A stretch of DNA of 64,000 nt from a virus. The stretch lies in IMG/VR virus record IMGVR_UViG_3300024999_000093, positions 3,696 to 67,695 of that record. One strand, written 5' to 3'. The position numbers and the translations under genes are program-made. Below, piece after piece: positions 1 through 9,331 of the stretch. Under the pieces are notes generated by a model. The model searched no databases and was not told the origin of the DNA. It saw only the letters and a program-made list of their open reading frames with translations. Numbering within the stretch: position 1 is the first letter of the stretch; each line of letters opens with the position of its first letter.

Positions 1-1524
1 CCTAAACGCTAGTTCGAGTTGTTCACCCTCAGATAGACCGTCTAGTAGGGTTCCTCCGATACGAATCTTTCCATCTCCATCCACCGCAATCTCGGGAATA
101 GGTACGGCTGCAATCTTCAGGAGTTCCATTGGAGTTTTTCTAGCTGTTTCAATTCGTGCGGTCAGGGTTTGAGAAAGTTCTAATTTGGGAGCTATTTTAG
201 TTGTGATAATGTCTGACATGTTTTCGAACTCCCTAAGAAAACTTTGCATATGAGCTACGTTGTCGGCGGCTACTTGAAGAGGTTGAATGTCAATGGCTTT
301 ATTTTCATCAATTACCTGCTGAGAGTTCCCGGCCTCCGCATTGATCGTTTTTATCTGCTCAACTGTTTTTTCGTCAATGGATTGAAGGGATTGTTCTTCC
401 AGAGAATCAATATTTAGAATTTCCTGTTCTTTAGAAGTTTGAGAATTTTTGCATTTGGAAATATCCTCATTAGCCCTTGAAACTTCTTCATCTAGGTTTT
501 TTTTAACCAATGATACTGCAACATTAGCGTCTCTTCTGAGTATTTCTATCGCTTCATGACGTTGCTGTTTGAGTTCTTGCAGTTTTCTTTCGTATTCTGC
601 ATTATTTTTCTCAATGGTTAAATCCAGCTCTTGCATAATTGCTTTATCAGAATCCTGTAACCTTTCATTAGCACCATTTACTACAACTTCTGCCTTTTCG
701 ATTTTTTGATTCAAGAACTGGATAAACTCCCGTCCATCTGCACGTTTCCGATCATAAGCGTTCTTCTTCGTCTGCTTGTCCAACTCAGCATTAGCATTAA
801 TTGAGTCAATTTTATCCTGCACTCCCTGAATGGCATTTTGAGCAGCTAGAATCTTTTTATTGACTTCCTCGGCTTGCGCTACTTTCAGGTAAAACTCTTG
901 GACTTTCTGTTCTTTCCAGTAATCCCCATCATAGTTAGGAGGCAATCCGTCTCGAATTCCTGAAACTTGTGCCTTGAGAACCGATACTTCCCGGTTGATA
1001 GATTCGCGTTGGGTATAATAAAGAACTTCGATTTGCTTCAAGACTTGGAGAATATGAGCCTCATAATTAACCCCCGGTAACTCTCCGAACCAAATCTGAA
1101 TATCATTTGTGGACCATGGAATTTCAAGCATGTTGAGGATTATTTTAGCCTGATCATCAGTCGATTTCTTGACGAACTCAAGGGGTCTAAATACCTCTCC
1201 GCTAATCAATTTATTAAGAAATCCTTGAGTTGATGGAACGGTTTGCCCCTGCTTTCTGACTCTCAGGTAATCACCTTTGTCGCTTCTCACCTTGCGCTCG
1301 ATTTCCAAGCCATCATCAGTCTGTACAAATATCCTAGCCTCATCTTCACCGTGGCGAATAACTTCCGTCCGGCGAGATTTGTTGGTAAAAGCTTTTTCTA
1401 ATCCCTCGATAATGGATGTTTTACAGCTTCCGGTATGACCTGCCAAAATATTCACCTTGCCGGGATCAATCGCAAATTCAGATATACCAATCCAGTTTTT
1501 AAGTTCAAGACGTTTGATTCTCAT
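1..1524 (-). CDS. AAA/SMC-like ATPase (recombination-associated), truncated by window edge
   Basis: Not in ORF track. Manual translation from ATG 1524: MRIKRLELKNWIGISEFAIDPGKVNILAGHTGSCKTSIIEGLEKAF (SMC/SbcC-type N-terminus with Walker A-like GxxGSCKT), then coiled coil; runs off the left end. Confidence 0.75.
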   Translation of the reverse strand, partial: MRIKRLELKNWIGISEFAIDPGKVNILAGHTGSCKTSIIEGLEKAFTNKSRRTEVIRHGEDEARIFVQTDDGLEIERKVRSDKGDYLRVRKQGQTVPSTQGFLNKLISGEVFRPLEFVKKSTDDQAKIILNMLEIPWSTNDIQIWFGELPGVNYEAHILQVLKQIEVLYYTQRESINREVSVLKAQVSGIRDGLPPNYDGDYWKEQKVQEFYLKVAQAEEVNKKILAAQNAIQGVQDKIDSINANAELDKQTKKNAYDRKRADGREFIQFLNQKIEKAEVVVNGANERLQDSDKAIMQELDLTIEKNNAEYERKLQELKQQRHEAIEILRRDANVAVSLVKKNLDEEVSRANEDISKCKNSQTSKEQEILNIDSLEEQSLQSIDEKTVEQIKTINAEAGNSQQVIDENKAIDIQPLQVAADNVAHMQSFLREFENMSDIITTKIAPKLELSQTLTARIETARKTPMELLKIAAVPIPEIAVDGDGKIRIGGTLLDGLSEGEQLELAFR

Positions 1525-1551
1525 TTATTAATTCCTCATTTCTTTTAATTA

Positions 1552-1980
1552 CTAATTGCACTCGCAAGGCCCCGGTAGTTCTACTTGTAACACTGAAGTG
1601 GTATAATGACTCGAAGTATCTTTCTTTTCAACCGGGAGTCCAATTGCAGTTGGGCTTCCTTCTTTTTGTTCAGATTCACTCCGCATAATGAGATAAAACA
1701 AAGTCTCTCCCTCGAAATTGATAAAATACAACTCATGTTCCAACCCATCGACAGGATTCACATACTGCGCCGGGGTTCCCATATACTCATAATTGGCAAA
1801 CTCTTTCGATATGGCATCATCCAAGGCAGTATCAACCTCGTTGTAATCTGCACCTACGGCAGACTTGATCATGATGCGAGATAATCCGTTACTCGTTAGC
1901 TCGATGTCTACACTTGAGATTAATGGATTATCGACTAGGGATTGGACCGTTAGGAATTGACTTGGTGTAAGTTTTCGCAT
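1552..1980 (-). CDS. hypothetical phage protein
   Basis: 142 aa ORF with GGAGG RBS, in the leftward operon. Confidence 0.6.
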   Translation of the reverse strand: MRKLTPSQFLTVQSLVDNPLISSVDIELTSNGLSRIMIKSAVGADYNEVDTALDDAISKEFANYEYMGTPAQYVNPVDGLEHELYFINFEGETLFYLIMRSESEQKEGSPTAIGLPVEKKDTSSHYTTSVLQVELPGPCECN

Positions 1981-1994
1981 ATTGTTTCCTCCTT

Positions 1995-2735
1995 TTATCC
2001 GTCATAGCATCCACATGCTTGATCTACTACATCTACAAACATCTTTATTTGGTTGGCATCATCATTGATGAGCGAATTCCATGAATAACTTCTTCCTAAT
2101 CCTTCAACAACCGTTAATTCAGCATTGTTTTCCATATCTAATGCTCTTTTTAGTAAATCAGGATGCGATTCCCTTAACTCGAATATCTCAGCCTTTTTCA
2201 TTGATGGGCAGAAGAAGCAACTACTTTTACCTGGTTGAGGAAGTCCCGCATCCGCTATGGTCTTAATGCAAGCATCACGGTCCATCTCCCACTCAATCAA
2301 GGGAAACCAATTAGTGTATTTTTTATCAAGTGATTTCCGCATTCTCCGTTCTTCCCCGTACTCATAACCGATTGCTTTGGTTACTGTCTCGCCATTTTTC
2401 CAAGCATCTACAAATGGTTGAAAATGGTTAGCGAACTTGTCCTGCGGTTGTGCCTTAAAGCGTTGAGAGCATGTCTTAAATCCATAAGCTAGGCTTGGCA
2501 ATGCTTTTCTAGCTAGGCAATCATCTTCGAGCGTTTTTGACCCCTTAACTACGGTAATTGGAGGCATGTTGTGTCCTGCTAGCCAAAGAGAAAACATTGT
2601 GATATAGAAGTAAGTTTCCGGTAGTTCTCCCCCTGTATCGGCAAAGAGAATTAAGTCTGGACGCACTCCCCTATTTGACATCTCTACTAGCTCTGCGGTA
2701 CTGTCTGTGCCTCCTCCGTAGCAAACTAGCAACAT
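1995..2735 (-). CDS. PAPS reductase-like (PP-loop) protein
   Basis: YGGGTDS PP-loop, LFADTG, C-terminal KSSCFFCP motif. Confidence 0.75.
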   Translation of the reverse strand: MLLVCYGGGTDSTAELVEMSNRGVRPDLILFADTGGELPETYFYITMFSLWLAGHNMPPITVVKGSKTLEDDCLARKALPSLAYGFKTCSQRFKAQPQDKFANHFQPFVDAWKNGETVTKAIGYEYGEERRMRKSLDKKYTNWFPLIEWEMDRDACIKTIADAGLPQPGKSSCFFCPSMKKAEIFELRESHPDLLKRALDMENNAELTVVEGLGRSYSWNSLINDDANQIKMFVDVVDQACGCYDG

Positions 2736-3067
2736 AATTTATCCGCCACTCGAATCGTTATTGCCCGATGCAGTGTAGCCATAAATTCCATAACCTCAAG
2801 CTCCCTATTCGTGCCTAAAACTTGCTCCTGAACCGTAAAGTCAGAATTGGCAGACTGTAGAGCGTTGGCAATGGTGCTACCGACTGAACGAGGAGATGAT
2901 TTGTTTATTGCCGCTACTTCAGCGTAAAGTTTTGATGGAGTGAGGATTAACTGAGGGTTTTGGTTGATTAGGGATAGTGCTGATTGTAGGAGGCGATAAC
3001 CTTTTAGATGAGGAGGTATGCGTAGGGTTTGGAGGGATTTTAAGACTTCGGCTTCAAATGCGGTCAT
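2726..3067 (-). CDS. stand-alone Spo0A C-terminal (effector) domain homologue
   Basis: LRIPPHLKGYRLL...KLYAEVA...SSPRSVGSTIANAL parallels Spo0A IGVPAHIKGYLYL...[25 protein letters not shown]; no receiver domain. Confidence 0.8.
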   Translation of the reverse strand: MTAFEAEVLKSLQTLRIPPHLKGYRLLQSALSLINQNPQLILTPSKLYAEVAAINKSSPRSVGSTIANALQSANSDFTVQEQVLGTNRELEVMEFMATLHRAITIRVADKLCC

Positions 3068-4145
3068 GCTGATTGCTCCTTTCTAAAACTTTCACAACCC
3101 GCTCAAAAATGAAATCAGGACACGGTTCTGCTACAGAATTCCCAACTGCCTTATATTTCGCTGAATCACTTGCTCCTTCGATGTCTAGCCAGTTGTCTGG
3201 AAATCCTTGTAACCTTAGGCACTCGGTTGGGGTTAGTCGGCGTACTCGGTAGCCGATGCGAACAGTATTTTGATAGTTAAGACTGTATCCACCGGTGTTT
3301 TTTGATTGCAGGGTTCCACTTAGTTCTTCTGTCTCGCATAGGTTGCGAACGTCTACAGCAACAACGGTGTCTACATCACCCCTAAATGATAAATTGGCTT
3401 TGGCGAGAAGTGTATTAGCCGGGTCGGGGTAGGCTACAGCTTGCCCACTGGCTAAATCTAACGTGTAGCTTATTTCTTCAGTCAACCCCCAGCCGTTGCT
3501 GCTCGTTTGGGCTGTACGAATAGCGTAGGTTGGCTTGGCTATTACTGGCACTGTATTACCACCTGCGCTGCCCTTAAGGGTTGGTGATAACTCCTCCGCA
3601 AACCCTATTGAGCGTGCATCTGCTGAGTTTCCAGCACTGAAGGCATCATAGGTTGGCTGCAAGCAAACTAAGCTATAGTGCTCGTCTCCCGCTGGCCCAC
3701 CGGTTCCCTTTGCCCACTTACTGCTGACGGTTCCGCTAATCCCCCCCCCGTTCGCAGTTAATCCGGCTTGCTGCTTTAATGCCATTTCCAGAACCGGAGG
3801 CAATTTCTTCCCACGCTTTTCCGCTCTCCTGAGGATCCCCAGACAAGCCTTCTTGCTCAAAAAGTATTTCTCCGACACATTGACCTCCAAAATCTGCGAC
3901 AAGGTAGATTCTCTTACGACGTTGGGGGACACCCCAATATTGAGCATCGAGTACTCTCCAAGCCACTGAGCGCCCGTTCCCTCTAACCATTCCGGCTTCT
4001 GCCCATCGTCCAGATCGAGGTATTGGAATTTTGGCCTCTGTGATTTCTTCAAGGACTGCCCTAAAATCGTGACCGTTGTTTGAGCTAAATGCTCCGGGGA
4101 CGTTTTCCCAAATAGCGAATCTTGGATACATTCCATTTGTGGCAA
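3054..4145 (-). CDS. C5 DNA methyltransferase, C-terminal/beta polypeptide (TRD region, motifs IX-X)
   Basis: ESTLSQILE...KYFLS segment, RRLTPTECLRLQGFPD (motif IX), YKAVGNSV (motif X); overlaps the N-terminal ORF in another frame. Confidence 0.75.
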   Translation of the reverse strand: MPQMECIQDSLFGKTSPEHLAQTTVTILGQSLKKSQRPKFQYLDLDDGQKPEWLEGTGAQWLGEYSMLNIGVSPNVVRESTLSQILEVNVSEKYFLSKKACLGILRRAEKRGKKLPPVLEMALKQQAGLTANGGGISGTVSSKWAKGTGGPAGDEHYSLVCLQPTYDAFSAGNSADARSIGFAEELSPTLKGSAGGNTVPVIAKPTYAIRTAQTSSNGWGLTEEISYTLDLASGQAVAYPDPANTLLAKANLSFRGDVDTVVAVDVRNLCETEELSGTLQSKNTGGYSLNYQNTVRIGYRVRRLTPTECLRLQGFPDNWLDIEGASDSAKYKAVGNSVAEPCPDFIFERVVKVLERSNQHDRI

Positions 4146-4458
4146 TCCTCATTTCTTTTATTATTCGTACTGCTTCCATGAATAATCCCGACCGAGACCC
4201 CCCTAGTCCTTCTCGTTTCCCGGCTACGCTCATGTCTTGACAAGGTGACCCGAACGAAATGATGTCAACTGGTTCAACCTCTGCCCCGTTTACCTTGGAT
4301 ACATCGCCTAAATGCTTCATATCAGGAAAATGCTCACTAGATACCTTAATTGGGAATGCCTCAATTTCACTTGCCCACTTCGTCACTATGCCGCAATGAC
4401 TTGCCGATAGCGGAAATCCTGCAATGCCGTCGAATAGGGAACCTAACGTTAACTCCAC
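3736..4458 (-). CDS. dcm: C5 DNA methyltransferase, N-terminal/alpha polypeptide (motifs I-VIII)
   Basis: SLFDGIAG (I), GSPCQD (IV), ENVPG (VI), PQRRKRIY (VIII); likely GTG start at 4458. Confidence 0.85.
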   Translation of the reverse strand: MELTLGSLFDGIAGFPLSASHCGIVTKWASEIEAFPIKVSSEHFPDMKHLGDVSKVNGAEVEPVDIISFGSPCQDMSVAGKREGLGGSRSGLFMEAVRIIKEMRIATNGMYPRFAIWENVPGAFSSNNGHDFRAVLEEITEAKIPIPRSGRWAEAGMVRGNGRSVAWRVLDAQYWGVPQRRKRIYLVADFGGQCVGEILFEQEGLSGDPQESGKAWEEIASGSGNGIKAASRINCERGGD

Positions 4459-4460
4459 CC

Positions 4461-4769
4461 TCAATACATATCCCCGCCATTCTTTATGCCCCAATTCACA
4501 CAATCCTCAGCAGTAAAAACCGGATTAAACGGCCTCTGCCCCATCCCCCTCGTATCCATCCCCACAGCCAACATTCTGCCATCTTCCTTATCTTCACGCC
4601 TGATCGACTTGCTGCTCAATTTCAAAGCGTCGAAATATCTCTTGGATTCCTGCTTTTCCAACTCAATTTTCTTGTGCCACTGTTCAAGCTTGTACCTGTC
4701 AACTTCGCGCTTAAACCATTCGATTTTCAGCAGTTTCCTTCCGATTGCCTTGCCGATTTTATTTAACAT
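4461..4769 (-). CDS. hypothetical phage protein
   Basis: 102 aa ORF tightly packed in operon. Confidence 0.5.
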   Translation of the reverse strand: MLNKIGKAIGRKLLKIEWFKREVDRYKLEQWHKKIELEKQESKRYFDALKLSSKSIRREDKEDGRMLAVGMDTRGMGQRPFNPVFTAEDCVNWGIKNGGDMY

Positions 4770-5011
4770 CTCCCAGCCCTCCTCTTCCTCTTATTCCTCG
4801 GACGCTCATACTTCTTCTTTACTAAAAAGGGCACTATCTGCTCCGAAACAGATGCAGGTTCTTGAGAGAATGGAAACCTCAAGTTCGTGAACCATATCCC
4901 TCCATTGTCGAGTTCCCATACTCTCGAGCATTTACAAGTTGCCTTAACCTCTCCGTCTGGAAAATCCATGATTGATCCGCATAAACAGGTTTGTTGTTTT
5001 TGCTTCACCAT
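4763..5011 (-). CDS. small Cys-containing (possible Zn-ribbon) protein
   Basis: CLCG...CKC pairs, RBS AGGAGG. Confidence 0.5.
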   Translation of the reverse strand: MVKQKQQTCLCGSIMDFPDGEVKATCKCSRVWELDNGGIWFTNLRFPFSQEPASVSEQIVPFLVKKKYERPRNKRKRRAGRC

Positions 5012-5026
5012 TGGGATACCTCCTTT

Positions 5027-5419
5027 TTAAACCAAGTAGCCCTTGCCATTACAGCACTCGCACACTTTCCAAGGTTCGCATTTTCCAAAATCCATAAACC
5101 ATCCCTCTAATACCTCTCTCACTTGCATTCCTGAACCCTTTTCCCCAACCTCCTCTATTGGCTTAGGGCAAGAACTTGGATTACAATCCTCGCATTCTTC
5201 TTCACACTCTTCGTATAAGCTCACGCTTTTTTTAGATAAAGATCCTAGCGTTGGGGTTATCTTTAATTCCCTAAATATTGAATGAGTTTTTGCGTAATGA
5301 AGAATCACGAATGGTTCGCCCTCGAATTGAGTATGGGCACCCTTTCCACAATACAATTCACTTGGACCACCTTCGAATTCGTTAATTACTCTTAGTGTAC
5401 TTAGTGATTTACTCCCCAC
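5027..5419 (-). CDS. hypothetical Cys-rich protein
   Basis: 130 aa, CxxC motifs, RBS. Confidence 0.5.
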   Translation of the reverse strand: MGSKSLSTLRVINEFEGGPSELYCGKGAHTQFEGEPFVILHYAKTHSIFRELKITPTLGSLSKKSVSLYEECEEECEDCNPSSCPKPIEEVGEKGSGMQVREVLEGWFMDFGKCEPWKVCECCNGKGYLV

Positions 5420-5432
5420 GGTTTTCCCCTCC

Positions 5433-5693
5433 TTAAATCCTTATAGAATCATCTAACTCCTTTTCAATCCGACCAACTTCCTTCATGAGTTGTTGAAATC
5501 CAGTCGCCTTGGAAATCCTGATTTGATGTCTAAGTAGAAATTTGTAGCATTGGTTCAATGTGAGTAAATGGGCAATCGTGGTCATAACTTCCTCGTTATC
5601 CTTGTCAAACTTAGGCGGAACACTCCTTTGGTTCACCATCATGGAGTTGGCGTTTGAGGTAATGCAGTATTTTTCATTGATGTTTATCCTCAT
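5433..5693 (-). CDS. hypothetical phage protein (DUF5405-like)
   Basis: MRININEKYCITSN start typical of this small phage family; from recall. Confidence 0.45.
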   Translation of the reverse strand: MRININEKYCITSNANSMMVNQRSVPPKFDKDNEEVMTTIAHLLTLNQCYKFLLRHQIRISKATGFQQLMKEVGRIEKELDDSIRI

Positions 5694-5962
5694 TGTGCAC
5701 CAGCCTCACTTCCGAGCAATTTCTCGATATTCAATCTAACCGCAAATACAGAGGCCAATTCCTTAGCGAACAGTTCATCCTCAGCCTTTAGATTGGCCAT
5801 TATTTCTCCCATTTCAGAGCGAACATTTTGCAGGACTTGTTCCTCTGCCTTTAATCCCATAAGGGTGTTTTGCAGACCCGAGAGGAGATTGGTTTTGCGA
5901 GCCTTGGATTGTGTCCCTTTTAACAAGACCTTTTCGATTGCTCCGGATTTCTTTAATAACAT
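5690..5962 (-). CDS. hypothetical coiled-coil protein
   Basis: 90 aa, GGAGG RBS, ATGA overlap with next gene. Confidence 0.5.
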   Translation of the reverse strand: MLLKKSGAIEKVLLKGTQSKARKTNLLSGLQNTLMGLKAEEQVLQNVRSEMGEIMANLKAEDELFAKELASVFAVRLNIEKLLGSEAGAQ

Positions 5963-6582
5963 TTTTCTTCCTCCTAAATTTTATTTAATTAGCTTTGCTG
6001 TAAACGACTTCAATTGACCTTCAGTTAACTCAATCCTAGAATCCCATCCCTTGCGTAGTATCTTGGAATTCCTTTCAGCCTGTTGATTCAGGCGTTGAGT
6101 TTCTCGATACCTTAGCCTTCTAGCTTGGTCTTTCCTCAATAGACTTGCTCCCTTCAAGTGGTGGATGGTTATCACCCCATCTTCCTCTGCCTACTAGCCA
6201 TCTTTCTAGACTTATTCCGCTTTGCTCTCTCCGCTAACGAGATTGGACTCCTTGGCGCCGGAGATGTATCAGGTTCCTCATAGGTAGTAATTGGCATAGG
6301 TTTGTGGTATCCATAAATATCGTCGTGGTAGAAGCCTGAAAAGTCGTTATATCGCGGATTCACTCAGCCACCTTCTTTCATTTGATTTGGCTTGTCCTCT
6401 ACTTAGCTAACTTCTTAGCCTTGGCATCAACTGCCGCCCAGTACCCAAGTCCTCCCTTGTTCTCGCGTAATCTACGCTCGATTGCTTTTAGTTCCTCAGC
6501 CTTGGTCATTGACGATAGTGATTTACTCATTAAAATTACTTCTTTCATTTAATTTTGGACTTGTTCAATTGGTTTAGCTAGG

Positions 6583-6831
6583 CTACTTAATCCTTCTCAA
6601 CACAGTCCTTTTAATCGGTTGAGTAAAACTAGAATCCTGGTTACTTATGGCAATAAACAACTCAAGGGATAAATCAAAATCATCATCGCCCTCTGGATTT
6701 CCTCCGCTAACGCGAACCTCATCTGACCTGTCGCAATAGTAGAGTTTTCCGTGAATATTTTCCAAGTAGGCTTTGAATTTTGGGTTTTCCTCAAGAATTT
6801 CTTTTAACATTTCTTCCTCAGCGTGAGCCAT
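6583..6831 (-). CDS. hypothetical phage protein
   Basis: 82 aa ORF overlapping the end of the Rha gene. Confidence 0.5.
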   Translation of the reverse strand: MAHAEEEMLKEILEENPKFKAYLENIHGKLYYCDRSDEVRVSGGNPEGDDDFDLSLELFIAISNQDSSFTQPIKRTVLRRIK

Positions 6832-7501
6832 TGATCACCAACGCGGGATTGAACTTACGATTAAATTGATTCGCTAGAATTTGTTTCCTCTGTTGAAAGT
6901 CTGGAACAGCTAGGATTAAGCCGATGTCGATACGTTGAAGATTTTTAACCGCTTCCGCTTGCGCTGGCTTTAAGTATGGTCTAATAGACGAAACATTTTC
7001 GAGATTGTTTGCTTGCTTAAATTGCTTTGCTGTCATTCCTATGACAATACGGTTAATCATGTCCAACTCTCCTGAGTAGTGGTAGTTCTTAGGTTCTTCA
7101 TGAGCATCCATAATTGCTTGAGTGAATTCTGGAAAGTCGGCTTTCGCCTCAAGGAGATTTTTAATGAAGTTCTCCATGTCGTTAAAGCGCTTAATGTACG
7201 CTTCTTTGAACACCCTTGCCCTAGATGTCTTAAATTCCATAACTACAATCGCAAAACCATCTTTAGTTAAAAGAAACTCTCTATTCCTTTTTCCGCTGTC
7301 ATCCTTGTAAAATGATTCAGAAAAATTCTTCCTTCTGAACTCTTCACTAAGACCACTTGTCGGCTTAGTCAAATTCGTAATTGTGTCCAAGACGTGCTTG
7401 TGTAACCTACCGAACTCCTCCGCTAATTGACGACTACTGCAAAAAGCTTGTCCATTTCGTTCGTAAAGATTGAATTCCGGATTAAGCATTAATTTACTCA
7501 T
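6818..7501 (-). CDS. Rha family phage regulatory protein
   Basis: CSSRQLAEEFGRLHKHVLDTI...YKDDSGKRNREFLLTKDGFAIVVM...FKEAYIKRFNDME. Confidence 0.85.
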   Translation of the reverse strand: MSKLMLNPEFNLYERNGQAFCSSRQLAEEFGRLHKHVLDTITNLTKPTSGLSEEFRRKNFSESFYKDDSGKRNREFLLTKDGFAIVVMEFKTSRARVFKEAYIKRFNDMENFIKNLLEAKADFPEFTQAIMDAHEEPKNYHYSGELDMINRIVIGMTAKQFKQANNLENVSSIRPYLKPAQAEAVKNLQRIDIGLILAVPDFQQRKQILANQFNRKFNPALVINGSR

Positions 7502-7511
7502 GCGTTCCTCC

Positions 7512-7763
7512 TTAATTTACTTCTACTGCATCCTGCATTAAGTCACTTACTGAGCAATGGAGAACGCGGGCTATCTTTGCCAAGGTTTTAATTGATGGCA
7601 TTTTGACGTTTCTCTCGATGTTGCTGATAGTTGGTCCTGATAGTTCAGTAATTAGCGCAAGCTCCCTTTGTTCCAATCCGCGCTTTTTTCTGTAATCCCT
7701 GACATTCTCTCCAATGCTTTGCTTAGGTTTCATTTTGTTTAAGTTCACCCCCTTAGTTATCAT
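7512..7763 (-). CDS. Cro-like XRE HTH regulator
   Basis: GLEQRELALITELSGPTISNIERNVKMPS HTH; divergent from the CI-like gene. Confidence 0.85.
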   Translation of the reverse strand: MITKGVNLNKMKPKQSIGENVRDYRKKRGLEQRELALITELSGPTISNIERNVKMPSIKTLAKIARVLHCSVSDLMQDAVEVN

Positions 7764-7779
7764 ATAGATAACTTTTTAT

Positions 7780-7960
7780 TTAAAAAGTGGTATATATTTG
7801 TGTTCCTTTGTATAGAATACTACACTAATGGATAAATAGTCAATAGTTTTTGGGAAAAATTTATCAAATAGCTAAGAGGTATATTTTACCGTGTTGGAGT
7901 ATAGATAAATGGGGTATAGTAATAGGGTTATGATAATTTTAGCTATACGATAAACGGGAG
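7780..7960. promoter_or_regulatory. CI/Cro divergent control region with candidate operators
   Basis: Inverted pair TTTATCaaATAGCTAA (~7860-7875) / TTAGCTATacGATAAA (~7939-7954), plus several GATAAA half sites. Confidence 0.5.
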
Positions 7961-7971
7961 GTTATTTATAT

Positions 7972-8352
7972 ATGAGGTATGGGGAAAAGTTTAAATATGC
8001 GAGAGAATTAAGGAAATTAACATTGCAGGAGCTTTCTGTAAAATGTTCTCTATCTATACCATATTTATCAGATATTGAGAGGGGAAAGAAAAGGCCAGCC
8101 ATGAAAAGCTTAGAAAGAATAGCCAATGCTCTTTCTGTCGATGCTTGGTTTTTTATGGACGACAAGGCTATATCCCTATCCGAATTAACAAAGATTAGTG
8201 GATATGACCCACCAGATGACATTATAGAGTTCTTTAGCAAGTCCGATTCACTACCTTATGCAGTTCTTGCCCGCGACCTACACAACGAACAAATAGACCC
8301 CATATTCCTACGCGAACTCTTAGAGTCGATTAAGAAGATGAAGTCTAGATAA
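7972..8352 (+). CDS. CI-like XRE HTH repressor
   Basis: LTLQELSVKCSLSIPYLSDIERGKKRPAMKSLERIANAL HTH. Confidence 0.85.
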   Translation: MRYGEKFKYARELRKLTLQELSVKCSLSIPYLSDIERGKKRPAMKSLERIANALSVDAWFFMDDKAISLSELTKISGYDPPDDIIEFFSKSDSLPYAVLARDLHNEQIDPIFLRELLESIKKMKSR

Positions 8353-8515
8353 TGTTAAGATTTGTGAATATTTTGCATAAACAAGGCAGATATTCACTTT
8401 TTTGCGTCCATATTAGAGTATGTTGCAACACTAGGTCGATAACTTGTGTCTTTATACCCACTTAATTAAATGTCTCCGTGCTGTATTATAATAATAACTC
8501 TAATAATGCTATCTT

Positions 8516-8752
8516 TTGAGAGAAGGGAAGTTTTGTTGTGTGGTTGTATCGAAAGACTTGGGAGGATATTTTAAGTATGTAGTCGTTGACAAGGATTTAG
8601 TATTAGTTGACCCAACGTACATGCAAGAGTATCTAAGGGATTATCCGGTAGAGAAGTTATCGTTATGCAGGAGAAGACCTATGTTATGTATGGCGATTAA
8701 GGCATTGGTATGTGCTTACGTCATTGGTGTGGTTATTCACATTATTCTCTGA
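8516..8752 (+). CDS. small hypothetical protein with C-terminal TM helix
   Basis: hydrophobic C-terminus; start uncertain. Confidence 0.4.
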   Translation: MREGKFCCVVVSKDLGGYFKYVVVDKDLVLVDPTYMQEYLRDYPVEKLSLCRRRPMLCMAIKALVCAYVIGVVIHIIL

Positions 8753-8796
8753 AGATTGAAGGATTGAATGGTTAACCTGTCGAATTAGGCATAATG

Positions 8797-8909
8797 GAAA
8801 ACCCCCTGAGATTCCACCAGCAAAGTGATCTCAAGGGGTTCGTTAGACAGGGGTTACCTGTGCTTTATGTTGTGATTACATTATAAGGTATAAGGTGGGC
8901 TCTTGTCTA
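8797..8909 (-). ncRNA. putative antisense countertranscript controlling rep (interval includes its promoter)
   Basis: Minus-strand TAGACA(8909-8904)-N18-TATAAT(8885-8880) pointing into a hairpin + U-tract at ~8840-8797 in the rep leader. Confidence 0.5.
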
Positions 8910-9328
8910 TTTCTAAATTGATTAGACAGGGGTTTTTTGTTGTGTTCAGATTGCCGCGCCCGAAAAAGAATTTCACAGAAGTGCCAAATGTAGTGTTCGA
9001 CAAACTCATGCCGGAGATAAATAACTTCGCTGCCCTTAAATGCTATTTCACTCTCATAAGGAAGTGCTGGGGATGGGAGAAGGTTGGCGACTACTTAGCT
9101 ATGCCTCAACTCTTGAAGCTAACTAAGCTATCGAGGCCAAGCATTACGGCCGGGATGAGATGGCTAGAGGAGCGCGGCTACATATGGATAGTCAAGGCCG
9201 GGAGTCCAGGAGGCGAGAAGGTTATGTACTTCCTTTGCTCTGAGGATACAGAACACCTTGAGAGATCCGTAAAAGAAGGATTGATAAGCCCCAATACTCT
9301 CTATGAAATGATGATGAAAGAGAGATAA
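8903..9328 (+). CDS. replication initiator (wHTH, lambda O/plasmid Rep-like N-terminal domain)
   Basis: NFTEVPNVVFDKLMP...LIRKCWGWEK...LTKLSRPSITAGMRWLEERGYI; true start may be slightly downstream. Confidence 0.7.
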   Translation: MSISKLIRQGFFVVFRLPRPKKNFTEVPNVVFDKLMPEINNFAALKCYFTLIRKCWGWEKVGDYLAMPQLLKLTKLSRPSITAGMRWLEERGYIWIVKAGSPGGEKVMYFLCSEDTEHLERSVKEGLISPNTLYEMMMKER

Positions 9329-9331
9329 TAG

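Noticed and set aside
8778-9002. Spo0A boxes TGTCGAA (8778) and TTCGACA (8996) around the rep leader
   Set aside because: A 7-mer is expected several times by chance in 64 kb; suggestive only
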